This document shows, in pieces, positions 24,456-37,400 of a stretch of DNA of 64,000 nt (positions within the stretch are counted from its first letter, which is position 1; every line of letters starts with the position of its first letter). A program made the translations under genes and the position numbers. The notes beneath the pieces are model-generated. The model was given only the letters and a program-made list of their open reading frames with translations. It did no database searches and was not told where the DNA came from. This stretch comes from Ramazzottius varieornatus (taxonomy: Eukaryota > Animalia > Tardigrada): the NCBI GenBank assembly GCA_001949185.1, contig BDGG01000002.1, forward strand, positions 1,085,481 through 1,149,480, written 5' to 3'.

Positions 24456-27268
24456 ATGGCTGCACAGAAGCACTTGCTTATTGTGCTGCTGGTGGCGGCC
24501 ACTGGCGCTGACGCAGCCCGTTTTCCGTCCCGTTTTTCGATGCGGACCAACCATCGGCAGGTAGTCCCTGGGAATGGTGACCAGTCGAGTGGCTCTGGAT
24601 TTCTGAACTCGGCGGATTCTTCAGTGACATCGGCTGGCTCCTAGGCTTCATCTGCTGCGTCAGTCCTCTCGTCATCGTCCGCCACTAGTTCATACTATGC
24701 AGACCAGTCAACAGTGCAGCAAAGTACCCGCACCAGCGTGACGGAACACCCCATGACTTCCCCCGCCACCGACGCGTACACCACGCGCCAGTCGTCGGCA
24801 AGTCCGACCCCTGATTTTACTGTAACTGTAACCGCTTCTACGCAGACTGTGTCCACCCGCAGAATGACTTCAGATAGCACCACCTCTGGTGATTACTCGT
24901 ATAGCGACTCGGGAGCGGGTACCGGTGGCTCTAGTGGCGGCATGGGCGATGGTAACACTGGTGGTACGGGAGGGTCGGGCAATGGAAACGGAGGTGTCGG
25001 CGGCGGTAATGGTAACGGAAACGGAAACGGTAACGGTAACGCTGGAGGTACTGGGTCCGGAACGCACAGCGGCTCTGGCGGGCAATCGCAACGTCCGAAT
25101 ATTCTGGTTTTTATTTGCGACGATCTGGTGGGTTTGCATATCAAGCCTTCCTTTTTAAGCATCTGTTGATGGTGTATCATACGGGCGACTGGAATACTGG
25201 CTTTCTCTAGGGTCGGGCAGATCTCAGCTACACCGAAGGGAACATCTGGACACCGACGCCTCATATTGACAAGGTAAACTACTGTACAATAAACTCGTGT
25301 TTGGGGCGGAAAACGAGGACAGTCGTGATAGTCTAGCTGGCTTGGGACGGCATCATCCTGAATCGTTTTTATACCAACCCCATCTGCACACCAACTCGTG
25401 CGGCCTTTATGACGGGAAAGTACCCGTTTCGCACTGGCATGCAAACGGCGTCTATCTCTCAGGGCGAACCTTGGGGTAAGAATAATCCATTGGTTAAAGT
25501 TGTGGCAGCCTCCAGCCGACGTATCATATGCAGGTGTTCCACTGGAATTCAAGTTCCAGCCTCAGTACTTCAAGGATCTCGGCTACCAGACGTACCATGT
25601 TGGAAAATGGCATTTAGGCGAATATACACGTCAATATTTCCCAAGTAAGTCTCCGCCCTACAGTGTTGTAACCATCGACATGCTATATGCATGGTTCTTA
25701 TGAAATTGGTAGATGCTCGCAGTTTCGACTACTCGTATGGTTTCACCGGTGGCGCCGCCAACTGGTGGAACTACACCGAAGGCTGGATCACCCCCGTGCC
25801 CGTGTCTGGTCGTGACGTTCGTGAGAACGGTAAGCGCATCTTGGCTAACGACACCAACAACGCCTATTATCCCGACCTGATCAACCACAAAGCCGAACAA
25901 ATCATCCGCAACCAAGATCCTTCCAAGCCCTTCTACATGTACTATGCCACGCCCCTTGTCCGCAGCGCCTCCAATGGTTTCGGTGATGCTCAAGCTAGCG
26001 TGCCTCAGTTCCAGCTTCGTCCCTCGGCCCTGTCCTTCAGCGAGCAGTTCCCCGAACGCAAGCGTCAGCTGGCGTTAATCCAGGCACTGGACGACACTTT
26101 CATGCGCATCACCGAAGCAGTGGTCAACAAGGGTATCGCCAACAACACTATCCTGGTCTTCTTCGCCGACAATGGCGCCCCTGTCCCCAAAGCGGGCACT
26201 TTCGTACGAGGATCCAACTACGGGGTCAACTGGCCGCTCCGCCAAGGCAAGGGCACACTCTTCGAGGGCGGTACCCGAGTCAACGCCTTCATCTGGTCTC
26301 CGCTGCTAAAGAAACGGGGTCGAATAACAAACCAGCTCTTCCACAGCACTGACTGGCTTCCCACGCTGTACGAAGCTGCCGGCGGAAATCTCCACGACCT
26401 AGCTGCCGTAAGATGCAAACAGTTCGTTACCCAATGTGATTCTTAGATACAGTTTTGTTGCAGGAGAAATTGGACGGATTTAGCCACTGGAAATCCTTCC
26501 AATGTATGTATCGTTACCTCGCAGTTACCGAAATTTATCGGTCTACCAAGGCATTCTTCTTCGACAGCTGGCCTGAATTACGGACCCCGCAAAGAGTTGG
26601 TCAGCAACATTGACCAGATCTCCAACCAGTACGCAATGATCTACGAGGATCAGTACGGCGGACTTTACAAACTACTGGGTGGTAATGTCCTAAACAATGT
26701 CTTTACTGGCTGGTGAGCACTGTCCTGGTCCTCATGAAGATGAGGCAATGAGTGTAACAGTCTTATTTCGAAGGTTTGCGCCGCCAGGCACCAACGCCGA
26801 GGACACCGACGAAGCACCCAACTGGAAGACATGGACGCCCATCTCCATCAACTGCAACTTCCCCGAAGGCACAGAAGTTAGCCCCTGCGTACCATGGAAA
26901 GCCGATTGCTTGTTCGATCTAACCAATGATCCGTGCGAGAAAAATGTGCGTATCAAGTGCTACGATCTCGACGGTATGTCTTTTGACAGTTTCTATTTGC
27001 AGAATATTGCCGAGAGCTACCCTGCCATGCTGCGGCTTCTCCAGTCCAAGATCAAGGCCTACAATGTCACCTCTTATCCCGCTGTCATCACCGGCTACGA
27101 TCCTGCCTCTCAACCGGAACTTTGGTATAATTTTGAGCTATGTTGCTCCAACAGGCGTTCAACGTCCTTTATGCTTACAGGGAAGGATGGTGGGTCCCGT
27201 GGAAGGATCCTCAACCATTCGATGAAGGGGTCACCACTAACCCTCTTATTCCTGTCGAGTCCTTCTAG
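24456..27268 (+). CDS. Arylsulfatase B/I/J-like secreted sulfatase with Ser/Thr-rich and Gly-Asn-repeat N-terminal extension, multi-exon
   Basis: Signal peptide 'MAAQKHLLIVLLVAATGADA'; 'RPNILVFICDDL'; formylglycine motif 'CTPTRAAFMTGKYP' (~25385-25425); 'GYQTYHVGKWHLG'; 'FFADNG'; 'NWPLRQGKGTLFEGGTRV'; 'HSTDWLPTL'; 'CLFDLTNDPCE'; stop 27266-27268. Confidence 0.9.
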
Positions 27269-29695
27269 AAATTCGTCATTTAATACTCGATTTAAAGGCT
27301 CTAGTATCTATCACTTCATTGGAATTCCGAAATGAAGTTGATGTTTGTCGCTAATGGGCGTTACTCATTCGTTTTTCTCTTTTGCTGGATAACTTATCGC
27401 AACTGCTGGCTGGGAATAAAAACTGTCGAAATATCTTTTCTGGGTGTTTAAATTATCATAATGTACAGTACATAGATGTTGATTGTTCTCTTGAAATTTG
27501 AGCTAACAGTCGCCTGATTACTGCAACGTTTTGACAGATTTGAGCACCTTGCCGCAATACGTAATTTGCACTAGTTTTCACGATACTCCTGTTTGGGCAA
27601 AATTATAAGCGGACATTTCGAATCAACTTTGAACATCAGCTAACCAAAAAATAACTTGCCAGAACATAGTTTTACACAACTGGATCAGGCTCAATATCAA
27701 ATGACCGACCCATCGCTCCGTTGAGATCATCGAAACACCACCGGCAGCGCGGCTTCTCCTAACAACTTCGCAAGATTTCTTTGCAACTGAACTCGAATTT
27801 GGAGCCAGCAACGTTCAAAAGCGACAAATCACAGTTTTGCTTCTACGAGTCTGGATTGGAAATACTTATACAATATTTACATCAATTAGGCACATGGCTT
27901 GGTCTAGAGTGAGTGCGCCACTACCACCTCTTAATATTCATGGCGCTCTCGACTATGGGCGGTCATCGCCGCTATAAGTCGTTTTCCTGTTTGACAGATA
28001 TTTCTGTCAGGTTCCAATATTTGCTTGATGTGATGACACGCATTGTATGGTATGGGGGCTCGCAGAGTCAAGTTCGGTGGTAGCGAAATCTTCCCCGTTC
28101 CACACATTTGTTTGATGTCGTGACACGATGCCAAACAAATATTCAAACTTGGCCAAATTACATGACATGCTATGTACCATATACTGGACCCATAATTTCT
28201 TTTGTTACCTTGATTTTCACCGAGGTTACCACCCCCTTCCAACAAGGCCAAGATAAAATTCTCCAACAATCTGAAAACTATCATTCGTTAACATGATTCG
28301 ATTGGCGAAGGCCGTTTGGAAGAGGCTGGCCCAGTCAATCATCCATTTTCGAAATTTGGCAAGCCGTTAAGGCTGCACTGTGAAAAACGGCCCTGGCTAA
28401 TTTTCCGATCGCCCTGATGTGATGTCCATGATTTCCTGGTCTTTTCCTCGTCTCCTGTGCTCTCCGTTTTCCTTGTCTGCATTTCCTTCGCTTTTCTCGA
28501 TCGTTTAAGTGAGCGGCCTTCGCGAAACTCGTCAGTCGAGTTGTGGGGGGTTACTTGCTACCTGGCTATTGTTGTTTCAGGCTAGCCGTCGGAAGTCCCT
28601 TGGAGGCGTCCCCGCCGTCTCCTGTCTTCCTTTCATCCTATTTGGTTTTTCCCTGTGCTGTTGGATTAGGTACGTTGCTGGCCTTCATAGTCATCAGGTA
28701 GTCACGAGGAGCAATTGCTCCTCGTTTAACCTGACTAAAGCGTCCTGCCCTTGCCGTCTCCTGTCGGTGGTTTCTTGTCTACGCTTCGCTTCGACGGTCA
28801 TTCCTCTACCATTTGCAGTTTCTTCGATGTCCACCAGAATCCTGTGCATTTCTGCTCTGTTTCATTCCAAATTAGTGGCAGTTGGAGCAGGGATATACGC
28901 TATTAATATGACGCTGGTTTTTCTGTTTGGCGCTTCCGAGGTATTTTCCAAATTGTTCACGAAACGACTTTTTCTGGAGGGGTGTTAGCTTCGCTCCCAA
29001 AACCGCTCATGTAGTTATCAAGAGCATACTTTGAAGTTTCAAACGCTGGAGCTGCTTCAAACGCTTGAGCTGCTGAAAAAGGGGTGGATGGGAAGACTTT
29101 AGCAGACATGTCCATGTAGGGAGGAAAATCAGTTCTTTTTATCAGTTTTCTACGCTTGGCTTGCCGTACGGGCCGGATCAGCTGTTTCCGGGACGCAGCT
29201 GTTTGTCCCCTATAGCCAACCTGAAAACCCTACTTGACATACTATTATTCGCGGAAGTGCTCGCCGAGCCTGTTTTACTTCAATAAATAGACCGAAGTTG
29301 AAGTATTTTTCGGACAATGATCAAATGCTCAGTACCATGTCATCACCTGTCAACTCGAGACTTGAGTATGTTTCCATGAGCTCCAAATGCTCATGTTCAT
29401 AGAGGGGTGGAAAGTCGGCCTGTCCGAGAAGCGCCAAATGGAAAAAACCAGCGTCATATACACAATGTACCGAAAAATCAACCGTCGATGATGGGCGTGA
29501 CAATCAAACGGGAGCTTAATTATCCTGTGTTTTGATTCGCCGCATACGCAAATTCCATTGGTCATTTCCATCTGGCTCCTTCTAACACCCATTTTGGACG
29601 GTTAATGTTTTGGTACACTGTACCAGCTAGGAGTTCTAACAACTGGGAAGGCGGAGCGAATGCGCAAAACACCGAAAAAAACCAGCCTGCCAGTA

Positions 29696-30589
29696 CACGC
29701 GGCTGGCCTAATTGTGGGGATGGACAAAATTATGGGGAAGTCATTTCCAAAACAGCGGCTCCGCCAGCTGTGTTCGCTTACGATTGAAACAGAACTGGCT
29801 TTCACCATACATTGCCGCTTTACATCTGATTTTATTAAAGCTTCTATTGCGATCGAGCGGATCACTTCTCACTGAAGATTGTGCCGATACCTGAGAAGAA
29901 AGGAACAATTAGTTTCACTGAACATTTTTCAGAAACGAATATATGCTGTATATAATGCTTCACGAACTTGGCGAATGACGTCAAAGTTAGCGCAGAGTTT
30001 ACGGGTATGATGGCGCATACGGTACACGCTTACAATGACATCATTCGCCAAGTTAACTGGCCTTACAGTACCTTTGCCGAAGCTTATTTCATCCACAAAA
30101 GAACGGAGATAGTGTTTGTTCATCGGAAATCCGCTGTTTCCAAACGCGATCAACATGTCCACCAGTAAAGCCTCTTCTGTTGTATCCAGCTTCGTCTTTC
30201 GCCCAATCTTCTGAGCTGTGGGGAATTTCTCGTAGCGGACGATAGTCATCTGAGGAACGCGAAACGTTAGCGAAGCTTTCCGAACTGACATCCCGTTTGC
30301 CACTGCGCGAGTTGCATCTTTCAAACTTTCCACGGTATACTTTCGGCGCCTCTTGCTCTTGAGATCTTCCGCCATTTTACAAGGTAAAGTTTCTCGAAAT
30401 TGGAAAAACAACTCATGCAAGAACACAGAACTTGGAATGATACCGTACGAAAAAAGCGCACTGCGAAATATTCACTTCCTGACGTCACATGGCCAGTTTC
30501 TGTTCCGATATAACATTCTTTGCGTTAAATTTCCGCCAGCTTGCGCTCCCCATAATTTTGTCCATCCCCACAATTAGGCCAGCCACGTG
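29696..30589 (-). mobile_element. Internally deleted (non-autonomous) pogo-like transposon retaining the DNA-binding exon
   Basis: 43-bp TIRs CACG(C/T)GGCTGGCCTAATTGTGGGGATGGACAAAATTATGGGGA at 29696-29738 and 30547-30589 (1 mismatch), with TA on both sides. ORF from ATG 30375 'MAEDLKSKRRRKYTVESLKDATRAVANGMSVRKASLTFRVPQMTI...EEALLVDML..GFPM' (HTH_psq plus CENP-B HTH start). No DDE domain. Confidence 0.9.
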
Positions 30590-31454
30590 TACGAGTGCAG
30601 ACGGGAACGCAAAAGCGAGTGAGCGGAGTCGCAACGCCGTCGTCGTGTCCGCCAGCCTTAAGGCGAGATTAGCCCTTGGATGGGTTCGCGGGAGGCCTTT
30701 TGACATTTCACAACAGTGGTAGACCAAGATGTGAACTACATTTTAGAAAGGGGTTCGCGAATGAAAGTTTTCACGCATCCCGATCAACTGGCGTGTCATC
30801 TTACAGTACGGAGTTTGCGATAAGGCCCTGACTGAACAATCAGATGGTCCATTGAAATCATGACAGACTTGAAAGGACCTCGCTTCGCTCGACCTGATGA
30901 ACCGAGCGCGCGTCTCAGACTCGACTTGCGTATTGTGCTGCATGAACCTTCCCGATTTATAGAGCATGGCACTGGAGCTTGACTGACCCTGTTTCAGCCT
31001 TCCATGGTGCATGTACCGTCATTACCGTTGATCGCTGTCGGTGATCACCCTCGTGGGAGTACCTTGTTTACTGAGCTGATCATCCAGGTGTTCAAGCTAG
31101 CAAAGTAATCACTTTTGTGTCCCAATGGCCAAAGTGCCGATCAAAGATCAAGCATCCCGTTGCATTGGCCTTGTCCTTGACTCTGATCCCTGGCATACTC
31201 CTCAGGCTTGCGCGCGCACCTGCAAATACTCATTTGAGTATTTGACGTTTAGGGTCATCATTTGCCGGAAAGCTGCTTCAGAGTCCTCGTTGGTGCCGCG
31301 CAGTACCGACGTCCGCGTGGACCAGCTTTACTGCTTCGTCACCGAGCTCGAGATGCAGTCCTTTCTATTCTTTACCTTTAATATTTGCGACTAATCTTTG
31401 CTTCGATTCGGACTCACCAGTTCTCAAGACGAAAGTTTCTGGTTCGGCGCAGTC

Positions 31455-34400
31455 ATGTCTTTTTTCAGCAAGGCTAAGCTGCCTCCCGGTCCTCCCTTCA
31501 GCAAGAAGTCGTCGTGCCCTGAAATGGACGGCGCGCCAGCGTACACCGACAATGCGTTCCCGGCCGAGACGAAAAGATTGCTGGAAAGCGACGCGTCTGT
31601 TCCCTTGTTATTTCAGTACACCGATCAAGAAATTTTTCAAGTACATGCTGGATTCGAATGCACGCAGTCGCAGTTGGTCGTAGATGAAATTTTTACATCG
31701 TTTCCGTTCCTGTTGCAGTTGGCGGACGAAGGAATGACGGAAGAGTTAGATCGAGTTCTCCGCGCTACGCCGTCGAAGCTCGATGTAGTGGACGATTCCG
31801 GCAAGTCGCTGCTACATCATGCCGCGGAAAACGGAAGACCCCCAGTCATAGATCTCCTCGTGCAGAAAGGCGCAAGTATGAATGAGCATGCTGTCAGATT
31901 TCATGTAGTAAGGTTTAGTTTACATAGTATCGAGAGAGATGCTTACTGATACAGCTGTCAGACCCCGCGCAACACTCTGCATGACTTTTTCTCAACACCT
32001 TCAACGCCTCGAATAAAAACATTCCATTGCGTGGAAAGAAAAAATGTTGCATGAAAGTCAGCAGTTTAAAACTGAATTAATCAATAAATCAAAAGGGAAG
32101 CCACGGACAACTAAGAGACCATGCAAATATTGTCTAAGCACCCGACGAAATGGATGAATCAAAGCCGGCTTCCTTCATTTCGTTTGATGGCTTCTCACCT
32201 CATACTTGTACACTCCCTAAGACAATCTTCAAATTCAGAGTGTCGACAAATGACTTCCTCCAGACTGTCATCTGAAGTGGCGCATGTAAGAAGTTTTTCA
32301 GTTCAAAGCGTGCGCTACTGAGAAAAACAATCTGGGTGAATATATTTGGCCAAGTGCTATCCACTGTAATTCAGATATGCCGTGAGTACTGTACATAACG
32401 TTTCGCAGATATACTGGCCAATGATCACGAGGGTAACACTCCGCTCCACCTAGCCGCTGCACGCAACCAAAGTGGAGCCGTAGAAACGCTGATGGCTCTC
32501 CGACTTCGGACAGTGAAGCGCGGCGCGTGCGATGCCGCCTTCATGTGTGCGCACAACGACGAGCTGGAGACACCCATGCACATCGCGGTGCGCCACGGCA
32601 GCGCGGCGGTACTGTTAGCGCTCTTTTCCGTTTGCGGGTACAAGGAAAAGATCAACTCACCGGGCTGGAACGGCAATACGCCATTGCATGTGGCCTGTTG
32701 TTGCGACCGCACCGACTGCCTGAAGATCTTGTTGGACTATGGCGCGGACCCGCTCGTTGCGTCCTTCAGTGGCATGACTCCCATCCATAATGCCGCTCGG
32801 AGAGCCTCGAAGAAAGTTCTGGCCTTCCTCCTGCAAAGTAAGCAGTACTCAAAAGGCAGACGAAGACTTGGGAAACATCGTTTTTCCACGTGGCGCACGT
32901 TGTCATTATTATTGTTCGGAAAGTGCGCCACTTGAGGAGAGATTTCGTAAAATGTTTTGTCCAGCTCTCGAGTTTTACTTGCCGGGATCTCTAACCGACA
33001 AATTTAGATTTGCGGGAACTTCAACTAGGATTTAGATGTTGTACCGGTGACTTTTGATGCTTGGTACGTAGGTTGCGCAGTACCGAAGGACGTTCTGTTA
33101 AACTTGGTCGACGACGAAAATCAAACTGCGTTGCATTGGGCGGTCAACAATGGCGACGTTGATACGGTACAGCTGTTAATGGAGAACGGTGCGAGTCTCG
33201 ACGCGCAGATGGTAAAACATACAATCCGCTTGCTTTATGTTGCACCAACCTTCTGACCTGCAAATTGTATCTTGTGTTATGGCCTATCCACAGTACGATA
33301 AATCCACTCCGCTGCATCTGGCGTGCGCCCAAGGACTGATTCACGTTGTCCAGCGCATGTGTGAAATTGTACCGGCTAGATTCAGAAAGATTATGGAAGA
33401 ACGCGATGCTCAAGGTCCGAGAATACCTAACCTTCGAGGTCAAAGACATAAAAACTTTTGTTCTTGTAGGAATGACGTGTTTGCATCGAGCCACAATGTT
33501 TGATCACCGCGAGGTTTGTGAGTTCCTCTTGGACAAGGGCGCGGCCATTGACGAGGAAGATAATGAAGGTCGAACTTCTTTGGTCCTTGCTGCATCACGC
33601 GCTTCTTGGCGCGTCCAAGGACTTCTTCTGCAACATGGCGCCAAGGCTTGGACCCATGACAAGTACGGCAAGAACTACCTGCACTATGTCATATCGCGCG
33701 GACTGTCTCCTGAGTTCTGCCAGGCTACAACTGGCTCCTTGAAAAACGTAAATTCCCCCTATATTCTCTTCATCATTATGTGTTTTCTGAATTTAGCTCG
33801 ATGGCATATTTCTCATTTTGCAGTGTAGCTATCTGTTGGATCAGAAGGACATCTATGGCTGCACGCCTTTACATTACGCCGCGATGAACGGCTCCCTGCG
33901 CTCAAGCACAGGTTTGGTTCGACTGGGTGCAACGGTCAACACAAAGAACAAGGAGTCGCAGTTACCGCTCCATTTTGCCGCCAAGTGAGTCATATTCCCT
34001 TCCGCGAACAATATTCTTCCGTTAATGCATTTTGCAGGTATGGCCGCTACAATACGGTAAAGCGTTTGCTGGAATCGAATTGCGGTGTCAATATCATCAA
34101 CGAGACGGATAACCAGGGTAAACACTTTTGGCTGGTCTTTGTGCATGCGATGGTCAATTGAGGCTCTCTGAAATACTCCCATCGAGGTGATCAACCTATT
34201 CCTCAGGCTTGACGGCCCTGCATTCGGCGGCGGAAAGCGGCCATTCAAAGGTCGTTCAGCTGCTGATGGCGAAAGGTGCTCTCATCCACCGGTACTATTT
34301 TATTATATTATACACAACTATTATACAAAACTCAACTTAGGACATTCGCTCAGCAAACATCGCAAACGCCAACCATGTTTCTCGTTCCCAATTTTTTTTG

Positions 34401-37400
34401 ATGTTCCAGAGACTTCTCCGGAAGAACTCCCTTACACTTGGCCGCGAGACACGATTACCAAGGTCCGCAAATGGTGATGAAATTGAACTCTTTCGGTAAC
34501 TAAAGACATTGTTGTTTTTTGATACAGAAGCGGCACAGATTCTTCTGGCTCATTACAAGCATCTGAGAGACACTTTCGACAGAGACGGAGTGAGTGAATT
34601 GCTGCGATGCGTTGCAACGCAAGCTATTCTTCTCAAGTTATTCAACACGGTTAACTTTAATGGCAGAACACGGCTTTGCATTTGGCGGCAGCCAATAATG
34701 CCAGCAAAGCTGTCAAGTACCTTCTCGACGCCAAAGCCGTCCTTTCGATGAATCAACTGCAACAGACCGCTCTAGACATCGCTATTCAGCACAAACACTC
34801 TCAAACAGCTAACGCAATGATCCAGCACGACCGGTAATTTAACTTCCCATTTCGACACTCTAGTGCCAGCTCTGTAGGTTGGCCCAAGTTGTTGCAGGTG
34901 GAGAGAGATACTACAACGGCCTTCAGTCTTGTACCGGCGACCCATCCTGGGTCTGATCGAGCATCTACCAGAAACCATGATGGTGATTCAGCACACGACA
35001 CTCTCGGAAGCTATCGCTATATCGGACCTTACATCGTGTATTTTCAGGGCGCGCTGGACCGATGTGTAGTAAAAGCTCCGTGCGATACCATGTCAAAAGA
35101 CTTTTACGTAAGATAACTCTGGAAGACAAATTTGCACCCACGCGCAAAAGCTGCACGGTTTCTGTTTCTTCGCAGATCCATTTCGATTTCCGCTTGTTGG
35201 AGCCCCCAAACTTGCTATCAAATGCCATTGATGAAACAGCTGCTTTGCAAAGCGCTGACGTCCACGAGCCACTTTTAGCGCTTAACGTAAGTGAGTAATC
35301 GATTGACAAAATATACTAGATCAGGTGGCGTTCCATTGCATTGTTGTTGGCTGGAACCAGGGTCAGTAGAGTGCTGCTGGAAATATGCGCCGCTTTGAAA
35401 AACGTTCTTGTCGAATTGGCTGTTATCCACAGTGGGGGCGGTTTCTCAACATCGTCTTCGATGGCGTGTAAGCTTCGTTTGCTGACCGTACAATTTTTTC
35501 TCAGGCCATGGTCCAACACGGTCGATGCGAACTGCTACAGCATCCGGTCTGCAGTAGTCTACTGAATAAGAAATGGTGAGTGTTATGCCCAAGATGTCCG
35601 ATTCCTGTCATCTCGCGTAGTATGGACGCTTCGATATTCCAGGGCAAGTTATGGTATTTACTCCCATGGCATTCAAGTTGTCATCTACGCCATTTATCTA
35701 TCTCTTCTCACCTACCTGGTCTGCGGTGGGGTCCGAACAGCGTTGGTGCCTACCCTGAAGATGCAGACCATCGACAACATCAAGACTCACTACGACCCGG
35801 AGTTTGATTCCGGAAACCTACCCCATCTCAACCGTTCAGCCGGTATCTGTACTCAGGACTGGCAAAGCTACCAGAAAGTGTCAGGTTTTTACCCCGTGGC
35901 TAACCTGATGGTTCTCATGTTCGCTCTCTTCAACATGGTCAAGGAATCTGCTCAGTTCGCGAGCCAGGTATGCTGAAACATGAAAGTTAACCGCTGCGAA
36001 AACGACAAATTCTTTTCGAGTGGCGCATCCTTCCAGCAAATAAGGCTTCAAACGTGCGCCACTTGGAACTATCGAACTGAAAAAGCCTGCTTTCCTGAGT
36101 GGCACACGCCTCCAGCCAATAACAAAGCGAATGTGCGCCACTTTGGAATGCACGCTTGTCGAGTTTGTCTGCTGTGCTTCCAAGTAACGATGGGCTGTTT
36201 CTTGGTTTTCATGATTTTCCCACTTGACAGAGAAAAAAATATCTGAAGGAATATGTGAACTATCTTGAGTGGATACTGTACATCTGTACAGCTGTCTTCG
36301 TCCTGGGATTCTACGATGAGGAGGAACAGTTCTTCGGTTGGTCCACACGATGGCAGTTCGGTGCTTGGGCCATCTTCTTGGCCTGGTTCACGTTTATGCT
36401 TTATCTCCAGAGGTCCGCTACCTCCAATTTTGGGCGCTTCTACGATTGAACAGTACTAGATACGTTTTGATTCTTTGTAGGTTTGGTTTGATGGGCATCT
36501 ACGTTGTCATGTTCTTGGGCATACTGAAGACCTTGCTGCGAGCCATGCTGGTCTTCTCGTTCCTGATTGTGGCGTTCGCGCTGGCTTTCCATGTCCTTCT
36601 GCCCATCATGTTGTATCCCAACGACCCTCAATTCTATCGGGTAAGCGTTCAATACCGCAGTGTAGATACTAAATTGTACATCTTTACAATAAGTGAGAAT
36701 CCGGCAAACCAACGGTGCAATTTCAAGATCGTCGTTCTAAGTGGCGCACTTCCAGCCAAGAACATTGATGACGTGCGCCACTTGAGATAACGATATTGTC
36801 CGTTTCGTTTGCCGGTCTCCCAAGTACGGTCTCTAGCGTCTCCTGCTATATTCAGACGCCAGATTTGCGAATCGACCTATCGGGCCTGCGAACGCCACAT
36901 CTCAATATGATACCCTCCATCCTGCGTATCTCGACAATGGGCTTGGGTGATCTGGATATGGTCAGCAACTACATTTATCCATCGACAGATGGGCAACTAC
37001 CCTTCCCCAATACAACCTATATCTTTTTATGGATGGTCATCATCGCCATTTCTATTCTTCTCATGAACCTAATGGTACAGTTCTGTGCCCAAACCCATTC
37101 GGTAACAAATCTTGTTTCAATCCGTTATTGCTGGCAGATTGGTCTAGCTGTGGGAGATATCGAGAAGGTGCAAGCCAGCGCGACATTGCGCCGCATAGCG
37201 ATGCAGGTGGAGCTGCATACCAACCTGGAGCGACGCCTGCCGGGATGGATCCTTTCGCGGGTTAACGACATTCAAGAGGATCGCTTCTACCCGAATCGAT
37301 GCACTGGGAACTTCCGGCGTGTAGGATGATACCTTACGTTTACGTCGAATTAACCTCATGGACAAAATTAAATTTTCACCGTCTGTTTTCGTTCTAGATC

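Noticed and set aside
24893-25552. 219-aa Pro-rich minus-strand ORF, and similar antisense ORFs over INF2 FH1, SMC1, TRPA1 and Nkx2.1
   Set aside because: Shadows of low-complexity or codon-biased sense exons.
28300-29600. Purine-skewed minus-strand stretch next to the pogo relic as the missing transposase C-terminus
   Set aside because: It lies outside the TIR, has many stops, and shows no DDE motifs.
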